Virus record (IMG/VR): IMGVR_UViG_3300044900_000004
Location: 1,103 to 65,102 of that record
DNA length: 64,000 bases
From: a virus
Strand: one strand, 5' to 3'
Below the pieces are notes generated by a model, which was not told the DNA's origin, ran no database searches, and saw nothing but the letters and a program-made list of their open reading frames with translations. The position numbers and the translations under genes are program-made. This document shows, one piece after another, positions 56,993 through 64,000 of this stretch (the stretch's first letter is position 1; each line of letters opens with the position of its first letter).

Positions 56993-57405
56993 GCGAAATG
57001 GAAGGCTTCCGATCCTGCCCTTATAAAGACCCTGTGGGAGTGGCGACGATCGGATACGGCAACACCTACTACCAGGATGGGCGCAAGGTAACACTGAACG
57101 ATGCTTGTTTAGACAAAGACAAAGCAAAGCAGTTGATGCAAGCCACGCTAGACAAAACAGCGAGAGAAGTAGAGGCGATGGTGAACGTACCGCTAACCGC
57201 TAATCAAAAAACGGCTCTCACCAGTTTTGCCTTCAACATAGGAACAGGGGCGCTGAGAGACTCTGACTTGCTAGCAAAACTCAACGCTGGAGATAAAGAA
57301 GGCGCGGCACAAGAGTTTGATCGCTGGGTGCATGGCGAGAACAAGCAAGTGCTGCCGGGGTTGGTCGATCGCCGCGCCAAAGAGAAAGACCTCTTCAAAA
57401 AATAA
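56860..57405 (+). CDS. GH24 phage lysozyme with N-terminal signal-like segment
   Basis: EMEGFR..PYKDPVGVATIGYG...FAFNIG...FDRW...LPGLVDRRAKE. Confidence 0.9.
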   Translation: MAIRSDYLCWFILGAIFVTSLPSIAQSTKSTSQTAASPDTAKLVGEMEGFRSCPYKDPVGVATIGYGNTYYQDGRKVTLNDACLDKDKAKQLMQATLDKTAREVEAMVNVPLTANQKTALTSFAFNIGTGALRDSDLLAKLNAGDKEGAAQEFDRWVHGENKQVLPGLVDRRAKEKDLFKK

Positions 57406-57438
57406 ACTAACTGTCTCACAAGCAGACAGAACCAGGCG

Positions 57439-57645
57439 TTGCGCGGTCGCCTCCTTTCCCAACTCAAAGACATCAAGTATCCTGCTCTCGTCTATCACGA
57501 TGGCGAGTGGTTTGCAGCAGTCGTGCCTGAACTTAACGAAGGAGACAACCACTCGTTCCAGAACTCATTATCCACCGCCACTACTGCGCCAACCTCTATG
57601 TCCCAACCGGGGAATATCGCAAAAACACCAACGGCCACCCCCTGA
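57439..57645 (+). pseudogene. Possible HicB-like fragment
   Basis: YPALVYHDGEWFAAVVPEL then low-complexity tail. Confidence 0.3.
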
Positions 57646-57953
57646 GCAAGGCCTTCCTTGGTGAGAGCTAAGGATTCCTTTTTGGCTAATATCTATCCGT
57701 AAATAGCCAGAACTGCTTTAACGATCGACCACGGACTGATCGTGATCTTGCTTCGCTTTGTATAGCGCGACTAAAAACAAGAATCGCATAGCATTTTAAG
57801 CAATTCCCCTAAAAAACGCGATCGCGTCGCGATCGCGTTTCAAAAAGGTATGTTAGTCTTGCATTAGGTGAAAAAGAATTAGCAAAGCAAAAGAGCCAGT
57901 CTCCTGGAAAAGATTACAGCCCTTTTGCCGCTCTACTCGTTTTTGCTAGAAAT

Positions 57954-58022
57954 GGGGCGGGCAGGTTTGCCTCTTTGGGACTTCGCACTCCGGGGAGAGG
58001 AATTCAAGTTTCCGCCGCTCCA
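57954..58022 (+). tRNA. Degenerate tRNA-Arg(UCG)-like element
   Basis: Acceptor GGGGCGG/CCGCTCC, anticodon loop CTTCGCA, T-loop TTCAAGT; short D-arm and stem mismatches. Confidence 0.4.
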
Positions 58023-58047
58023 CAACCCCCTACTTTTAGGAGGTTAG

Positions 58048-58983
58048 TTGACCATGACTAACAATCACACTTTCATTTTAAACGGACATGCCTCAACAGC
58101 GCAACAACTTCTTATTACTCCCACCACCAAAGTGATAGAACCTCATAGCAGCGATAATACCTCTACAAGTCCGCATTCACTTCGCCCTGTCGATTGGACA
58201 GTTTTGCGAGCGATTGGCATTGGTGGTGAGGTGAAAAGATTAGAAATCCAAAAAGAAACAGGCTTACCCACCTCTATCGTCTCGAAGTCCACGCGTGTAT
58301 TGTACGAGCAGACCAGGATATGCAGAAGGATAGCTCCTGGGACTGAAAACCAATCGAAGCCTACTCTCCTCTTTTCACTTTCTCCAGGGTTAACACTGGA
58401 ATCCATTGAGGCTGAAATGAAAGATTTAAATGTATCTATTTCGGCTCCCACTCTAAAAGACATTCCTGAAGAACAAAAACGTTCTGCAAAACCAAAACCG
58501 ATGAGTTCTCAAATCAGTGAAATTATTAAAGAAAGAGGAGGCACAGTTAGCGAAATTGTTGAAAAAACTGGGCTAGCGGTAGGAATAGTTCAAGGGTACT
58601 TGGGTAGAGCTTACCGAAAAGGAGATGTTACTCGTGTACGCAATCCAGACAAATCAACTTTGGAGTACATCTATTCGCTCGCCACAAATGCAGGTGATTC
58701 TGGACAGAGCAAGGGTAGATCGGATGCTGTGAGTCATTCTGCTTCTGAAACCAATGAACCATTAGAGCAACCCAGTATGAATCATCATATGGACACGGAA
58801 TCGCCACAAAAGGCATCTGACTCTACATCCAACGCTGAGGCAACAATTTGGGAAGTAGTACAAGCTATGGCTGAAAGAATCGTTGACCTTGAAGGTCGTT
58901 TTGAACAGCTTGAGACAGCTTTAAAGGGAAATAGCAATCTTAAGGCTGACCAGATCTTATCTTTACTTCGCAAAAAGACTTAG
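58048..58983 (+). CDS. Protein with two winged-HTH-like domains and C-terminal coiled coil
   Basis: EIQKETGLPTSIVSKST and EIVEKTGLAVGIVQGYL repeats. Confidence 0.6.
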   Translation: MTMTNNHTFILNGHASTAQQLLITPTTKVIEPHSSDNTSTSPHSLRPVDWTVLRAIGIGGEVKRLEIQKETGLPTSIVSKSTRVLYEQTRICRRIAPGTENQSKPTLLFSLSPGLTLESIEAEMKDLNVSISAPTLKDIPEEQKRSAKPKPMSSQISEIIKERGGTVSEIVEKTGLAVGIVQGYLGRAYRKGDVTRVRNPDKSTLEYIYSLATNAGDSGQSKGRSDAVSHSASETNEPLEQPSMNHHMDTESPQKASDSTSNAEATIWEVVQAMAERIVDLEGRFEQLETALKGNSNLKADQILSLLRKKT

Positions 58984-58989
58984 AAAAAA

Positions 58990-59087
58990 TGGCGGCACTG
59001 GTGCCTATGTTCTGTCCAAAGAAGCGTCGCTGGTGCTAGTTGTGCTTCCTAAGCTCAGTGCTGGGGGTTCAATTCCCCTGCCGTTCA
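58990..59087 (+). tRNA. tRNA-Arg(CCU)-like element with enlarged D-region
   Basis: Anticodon loop TTCCTAA, T-arm GGGGG-TTCAATT-CCCCT, acceptor TGGCGGC/GCCGTTC; ~24 extra nt in the D-loop. Confidence 0.45.
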
Positions 59088-59104
59088 TAATCCTATCTAA
59101 GCCC

Positions 59105-59776
59105 ATGGAAGCAGTAGAAATGATGAATCGCTCTAGTTACTTGAATTGTAATAATTGGGACTACTCTGACCACCCTAAGCGTCATAGTGCCCTTTCAGAA
59201 AGATGCTTCGAGGTTTACAAGGAAATAGAAGAAAATAGGCTAGGTATTTTAGATCTTTTAGCAGATTCGCGCCCTACTCATAAGCATCTTTTTGAATTTG
59301 CCGCCCCTTCTGATTGCGAATATATGGCTGGGCATTACCGTGGTGAAGATTTTCCTTGTTTAGCTAATTGCTGGGTTGGAATTGAATCGGATTCGAGTGT
59401 TGGATACGCGCCATCAATTGTTCTAGAAACTATGAAAGTATTTGGTGATATTTCGACTAATTCAATTCATGCCTTAGACCCAATTATTCAAGATTCTAAC
59501 TTTTCAATAGAACGCAAGATTATTAGAGCAGTTACTTCAGCCTGTGACATTTTTGAGTATTTTCTCCGAATACATCCTTACGCCAACGGGAATGGGCATC
59601 TTAGCAGGATGCTGCTTTGGGCGACTCTTAAGCGCTATAACTTTGAGCCTAGAGGTTTGACAATAGATACTAGACCAATATCTCCGTATGCAACCCTTAT
59701 CAAGTCATACAGAGAAGATGACAAAAAGCCTTTAATAGCTAAGATTTTGAATTTTATTAATGCGAACGGTACATGA
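59105..59776 (+). CDS. Fic-domain protein
   Basis: HPYANGNGHLSR (cf. HPFxDGNGRxxR); AGHYR. Confidence 0.85.
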   Translation: MEAVEMMNRSSYLNCNNWDYSDHPKRHSALSERCFEVYKEIEENRLGILDLLADSRPTHKHLFEFAAPSDCEYMAGHYRGEDFPCLANCWVGIESDSSVGYAPSIVLETMKVFGDISTNSIHALDPIIQDSNFSIERKIIRAVTSACDIFEYFLRIHPYANGNGHLSRMLLWATLKRYNFEPRGLTIDTRPISPYATLIKSYREDDKKPLIAKILNFINANGT

Positions 59777-59782
59777 ATAAAC

Positions 59783-60403
59783 TTAATCGTTGAAGCTAGA
59801 TATTTCGCTTGAAAAATTGCGGAGCCATTGCTCTGAACCAGAAACATCTTGTTTCCTTTTACTTATTGCAAAACTGGCTTGACGTGCCAATTCTAATAGT
59901 TCCTCATCAGCTTCGATAGAAGAAGTTTCATCATCTATGCTTGCTTCTCTTGCGCTCCAACCAAACCCAAACTCATTGAGACGACTGGAAAAATATTGTT
60001 TTATTGATTGCTGAGGAATTGATTGGCTTAACTTATTATAATTCTCAATCCAAGGAGACTCAAGATGGGTCATATTTCTCAAGCTCATAGCAGAATATTT
60101 ACCAAACATCTCTAAAATTCTATTCAAGAAAGCACTAATGTTTTGGTCCCAAGTTTGATAGTTAGAATGTGCTTGAAAATTGACTGGATTGGCACCAAAA
60201 AGCTTGAGTTCATGGTACACAGAAGGAACAACAGGTCCATGATCCCAAGCTTCAAGTTCTTCTAAAAATAAAGGGGACTCATACAAAGCCAAATGAAACC
60301 CTTGCGCGTAATAGAGCAGTTTTTGAATTTTTAAGTTGCTTAAATCTGTATAGCTTTGACCATTTTCTACAAAGTATCGAGCAATTTCTAAAGCATTTTT
60401 CAT
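59783..60403 (-). CDS. SocA/Panacea (DUF4065) antitoxin-like protein
   Basis: LSNLKIQKLLYYAQG...AWDHGPVV...LRNMTH.E.PW. Confidence 0.88.
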   Translation of the reverse strand: MKNALEIARYFVENGQSYTDLSNLKIQKLLYYAQGFHLALYESPLFLEELEAWDHGPVVPSVYHELKLFGANPVNFQAHSNYQTWDQNISAFLNRILEMFGKYSAMSLRNMTHLESPWIENYNKLSQSIPQQSIKQYFSSRLNEFGFGWSAREASIDDETSSIEADEELLELARQASFAISKRKQDVSGSEQWLRNFSSEISSFND

Positions 60404-60865
60404 TGGATTGCTCCTATTGCAGCTTGGTACAAGAGTACGTTAGTCGCGTGCCCTATTATAGCTTGCCTTCCAACTGTTTTTAATAAATCTATAGACTTGA
60501 AGTGGCGCTATATGTAGGATGCTTGAATTTAGTTGAACTACTTATAGCGTTTGCTTCTGGATTTGCTTCTAGAAAGTAATAAGCCGCATCAATAGTGTTT
60601 GCCACAAATTCCTCCAGTTGAGCCAAGAACCGAATGCAATCACCTAGTAGTCAACTACTACCACTCTAGTTTACCTAATTGTAAAATGTACGGACGACTT
60701 TAAAACTTTATATCATACTCTGCATTGCTCAAAAAGCATACACACCTTTTTTGATTTAAACATGCGGATATCCGAACCTTTAATTTCGCTGCCACTATTT
60801 AACCAGAAGGTTAGGAAAGAGAGCCGATCCTAATCGGCTGAACACGTTCAAGAACGTTCAAGAAC

Positions 60866-61405
60866 ATGATCCACCGTCACTACGTGTCCGATTTGTTTGG
60901 GGAGTCTGGAGAGTATCGAACCAGTCAGGGAGAGACGATCGGGAAGACGACTTTCTACACCCAATACCTGAAAGCGCTGTCTATCTCTCCTCTTAAAGAT
61001 GAGAATCACCGCGCTTACGTCACTCACGACCAGAAGCAACTACTCGATGAGTATCACCGCCGCCGATGTGAGGGTAAAACCTCTCTGAACGAATTCCTTG
61101 CCGAACTTGGCTCAACTCAGCTACAGTCTACGATCGAGCCTGTTCAGAACACTCCCGAACTCGTTCAATCTCCCCTGTGGCTTGCTTTTCTCGAAGCTCT
61201 AACCCCTCGCCTCGCACCTCCCACTGATCCGCTCTCTCCTCAAAAGCAATTGCAGGAGATTAGCGATCGGGCCTGGCAAGTTTCAAGCTCCCAACTCAAA
61301 GCCATCCTAAACACAAGCTCTGTCCCCCCGAACCGATACGGGTTCAACTTTACAAAAGTAGGTAAATCAGGTCGCGAATTATCGTGGGTGGTACAAAAAA
61401 TCTAG
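60866..61405 (+). CDS. Hypothetical protein, possible N-terminal HTH
   Basis: IGKTTFYTQYLKALSI; conserved-looking C-terminus. Confidence 0.55.
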   Translation: MIHRHYVSDLFGESGEYRTSQGETIGKTTFYTQYLKALSISPLKDENHRAYVTHDQKQLLDEYHRRRCEGKTSLNEFLAELGSTQLQSTIEPVQNTPELVQSPLWLAFLEALTPRLAPPTDPLSPQKQLQEISDRAWQVSSSQLKAILNTSSVPPNRYGFNFTKVGKSGRELSWVVQKI

Positions 61406-61432
61406 AATGTTGTGGAAGTTTAAAAATCTGCT

Positions 61433-61663
61433 GTGTTCAACCTGCTTTCAGCCGATGAACGGATTGTTGCTTCTGTCAAGCTTGAGGTTGCCAATCCTCC
61501 ACTGATTATTGTTTGGGGCGATCGGGGATTCCTGCGATACAAGGATTTCTCTTATCGAGAGATTGCAATTTATGTATGCGATGCAGAGACCCAAATCTTG
61601 ACCGCAGAGCAGATGCTACCGATTCGCCCCCCGCGCCGATCAAGCGCTAAAAATGGTCGGTAG
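61433..61663 (+). CDS. Hypothetical protein
   Basis: 76-aa ORF converging on EAL gene. Confidence 0.4.
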   Translation: MFNLLSADERIVASVKLEVANPPLIIVWGDRGFLRYKDFSYREIAIYVCDAETQILTAEQMLPIRPPRRSSAKNGR

Positions 61664-62326
61664 ACCTGCGGCCCAGCCTTGAACATATAAATCAAGTCCT
61701 GGGGCATAGCGATCGTGGATGCCAGATAAAATCTCCCACAGCTCAGTTGTCTCCACATATTCACAAACGCAGCAAAGCCCCAACCCTTCAGCCATTGTCA
61801 TCAAGGTGCCTACGATCGCTCTTGCCTTCATGTTTTCAGCGATTTGCAAAATTAGATGGCCGTCGATCTTGATGCCATCAAACTTAAAATTGCACAGTCG
61901 ATTTAGCCCAGAGTAGGCAGAGCCAATATCATCCAACATGGTTGGAAAGTGTTGGCAGATTTCATTTAGCAGATCAGTTTGAGTAATTTCAAAGGCGTGA
62001 TGCTCCGTCACCTCGATCACGAGTTCTTGAGCAGTGCCAAGCAGGAACTCAAAAAGCTCAGGACTGCTCAGACTGTCACTCGATAAGTTGATTGCATATT
62101 TTCCAAAAGGGAGCCTACGGATCTGGCTTGCCACCCAAAAATCGAGAATTCTTGACTCTTGAGGATTGAGCGAATTGAGGAAAGCGATCGGGCTGCCTCC
62201 TTGAACTCTGAGCAGCACCTCAAAGTAATCAGACTCTCTCGCCTTTGGACGAATCGAGCGAATCGGCTGGCAAGCGATCGATAGATGTTCCTGTCTGAGA
62301 GCGGCTTCCAAAATTGACACGGGCAA
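61640..62326 (-). CDS. Stand-alone EAL-domain cyclic dinucleotide phosphodiesterase
   Basis: CQP, EVLLR, INLS, IEVTE, LDDIGSAYS, IKID, CEYVE, QGW. Confidence 0.9.
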   Translation of the reverse strand: MPVSILEAALRQEHLSIACQPIRSIRPKARESDYFEVLLRVQGGSPIAFLNSLNPQESRILDFWVASQIRRLPFGKYAINLSSDSLSSPELFEFLLGTAQELVIEVTEHHAFEITQTDLLNEICQHFPTMLDDIGSAYSGLNRLCNFKFDGIKIDGHLILQIAENMKARAIVGTLMTMAEGLGLCCVCEYVETTELWEILSGIHDRYAPGLDLYVQGWAAGLPTIFSA

Positions 62327-62451
62327 TAATCTGAATGAAGTTTATTCGACTTTCGCGACCGATTTAACCATTCTCTGTACTTGCTCAAAGCAACCGGAGT
62401 AAGGCTACAGGTTGTTTTAAAACTTGTTCTACAGGCTAAATTCTTCACCAA

Positions 62452-62985
62452 TTACTCATATTCTTTTCGAGCGGCCCTGAACTTTGCTTCGATCGCTTGA
62501 GTCCAAAAAGCTTCTCGAAACGGATTGAACTCCTCTTCTCTCCGCTTGTCTGGGATGCGCCTGAGTAGCCTGGGGTCTCTGATGTTGAGCACGATGTCTG
62601 GGCAAATTCTCTCGGCTAAAAATTTGCCTATATCAGCAGCAACGCGATCGGGGGCTTGCCAGAGTTCTAGCGTAGACCCGTTATCCGCTGGAATCTGAAT
62701 TGATGTTTGAATCGAAACCACGATCGAGATAGTGTCTTTCTCGATCGGACGAGCCAAAATCCACAAATGATGAGTCTTGGTCGGGTCCAACTGATAAGGG
62801 AGATACTTCTCTCCTCGTATAGGTCTGAGATGCTCGATACGGAGGGTATGCAGATATCCCTGCAAGAGACATCCGCGATAGGCAACGACCGCTCGACCGG
62901 ACGGGAGGAGTCGCTCCATTCTGGGAAGAAAGATTGAGGATACTGGCTTATCACGCCGCTTCCTCCAGTTTGAGAAAAATTCCAC
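62452..62985 (-). CDS. Hypothetical protein
   Basis: 177-aa ORF in the EAL operon. Confidence 0.6.
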   Translation of the reverse strand: MEFFSNWRKRRDKPVSSIFLPRMERLLPSGRAVVAYRGCLLQGYLHTLRIEHLRPIRGEKYLPYQLDPTKTHHLWILARPIEKDTISIVVSIQTSIQIPADNGSTLELWQAPDRVAADIGKFLAERICPDIVLNIRDPRLLRRIPDKRREEEFNPFREAFWTQAIEAKFRAARKEYE

Positions 62986-62998
62986 GTTGCATGGTCAC

Positions 62999-63292
62999 TT
63001 ATTTTACGAGGATTTTTGAATAGGCGTTGAGTCGATCGGTGGGTGCCATTCTCAGGACTGCCGAACCAGCGGCCATCGCCCCAAACCAGCCGATCGCTTC
63101 TTGCCAGGTGAAATTCTCGGCAATCGATCGCTTAGACGCAGGAACTGCCAGCAGCGCTAGCAACGCCAGATGCATCGTGAATTCGATCGGGTCGAGCGTC
63201 AGCCCAAACAAGCGAATGCCACTGGGTTTAGCACGGTTTACACAGTCGATCGGGCAGCTCAAAAGTTCGGTCGGGATTTCTGACTGAGACAT
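62999..63292 (-). CDS. Small 2-TM membrane protein
   Basis: Two hydrophobic helices. Confidence 0.6.
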   Translation of the reverse strand: MSQSEIPTELLSCPIDCVNRAKPSGIRLFGLTLDPIEFTMHLALLALLAVPASKRSIAENFTWQEAIGWFGAMAAGSAVLRMAPTDRLNAYSKILVK

Positions 63293-63321
63293 GGAATAAA
63301 CCGAAACGCTTCACTTTATTG

Positions 63322-63329
63322 ATTCCCAC
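63322..63329 (-). promoter_or_regulatory. GTRGGAAY motif
   Basis: GTGGGAAT, 29 nt before ATG 63292. Confidence 0.6.
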
Positions 63330-63558
63330 GCTCAATTAAGCAAGGTTGCAGCAAATGCCATAAAAACCTACCTCAGAGATTGATGCTGCCCAGTAATTCT
63401 TTTCCGCCCAAAGCATCAGGATGCGATCGTAGTCCTCGCTCTGACAAATATCATCTGAGCTTCCGCCGCCATAGTGGTAGTAGAGCGAATATCTAGCAAT
63501 CATTTGAGGAGTGAGGAGTGAGGTGTGAGGGGATATCTAATCGCTCATACCCCCCGAA

Positions 63559-64000
63559 CTAAGAAGCAATTTGAATCAAAATTTGCTGAATTTTAGCTTT
63601 CAGCGCAGCATTGTCAATTTGCAGATCAAAAGCGATTTCCTTCCTGGACCGCTTTTGATAATAAAGAGCCTCGATTAAAGAGCGATCGCTTGCCTCTAGC
63701 GCAGATAAGTTCTTTCGCAGCTTAGACCAGGCGCGTTCTAGTTGACTGTGATCACCTGGCTCTGGCCCCTCAATGCTGAATTCTTGCGATCGCACTAGTG
63801 GAGAAGTTCTTGCACGTCCGTGACTAAAGCTTTTAGTCGTTGGAAGCTGAGACTCGTATTCATCGCGACCAGTCAAATCACGATCGAGTTGATCAAAGCT
63901 GATTGGAGTTTGGTGAGCGATCGCTGCCCTCACCTCTCGAATTCGCTCTAGCTTTATCCCAGACTGATCGGCTAATTCCTGCTCGGTTGGCAATCTCCCT
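63559..64000 (-). CDS. Sigma-70-family (group 3, FliA/SigF-like) factor, C-terminal part
   Basis: PTEQELADQSGIKLERIREV...ISFDQ (region 3); ALEASDRSLIEALYYQKRSRKEIAFDLQI (region 4). Confidence 0.8.
   Translation of the reverse strand, partial: GRLPTEQELADQSGIKLERIREVRAAIAHQTPISFDQLDRDLTGRDEYESQLPTTKSFSHGRARTSPLVRSQEFSIEGPEPGDHSQLERAWSKLRKNLSALEASDRSLIEALYYQKRSRKEIAFDLQIDNAALKAKIQQILIQIAS

Larger units (their letters stand above)
2049..64000. mobile_element. Large siphovirus-like prophage (incomplete in window)
   Basis: Portal, scaffold, capsid, tube, chaperones, tape measure, lysis-type enzymes, regulators; no tail sheath seen; starts at the comM break. Confidence 0.92.

Noticed and set aside
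57813-57846. Palindrome AAACGCGATCGCGTCGCGATCGCGTTT
   Set aside because: Explained by two adjacent HIP1 sites; at most a terminator.
1-64000. Very frequent GCGATCGC palindromes
   Set aside because: HIP1, a known cyanobacterial genome-wide feature; used only as a host clue.

Overview
Cyanobacterial DNA, judged from very frequent HIP1 (GCGATCGC) sites. Bases 1-2048 are host: a papain-like C1 peptidase and a comM/yifB gene missing its 5' end. The rest (~2049-64000) is one part of a large siphovirus-type prophage inserted in comM; no integrase, terminase or far att site is recognisable in the window. Morphogenesis genes lie on the minus strand in an unusual order: portal, C39 peptidase, minor head, connectors, tube, chaperones, a ~3056-aa tape measure, tail tip, then scaffold, capsid and decoration genes. 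Fourteen GTRGGAAY motifs head these genes, most 28-30 nt upstream of a start codon, and are candidate promoters for the phage sigma factor at the window edge. The prophage also carries a mirror-duplicated regulatory module (16.9-19.4 kb and 46.7-50.2 kb), an attC-bearing cassette and an apparently catalytically intact EAL phosphodiesterase. Other cargo includes a membrane/ATPase/M23/lysozyme operon resembling a DNA-transfer machine, two degenerate tRNA-Arg-like elements, TA modules, homing endonucleases and an IS5-family element. Protein family calls come from motif recognition only; no database search was run.
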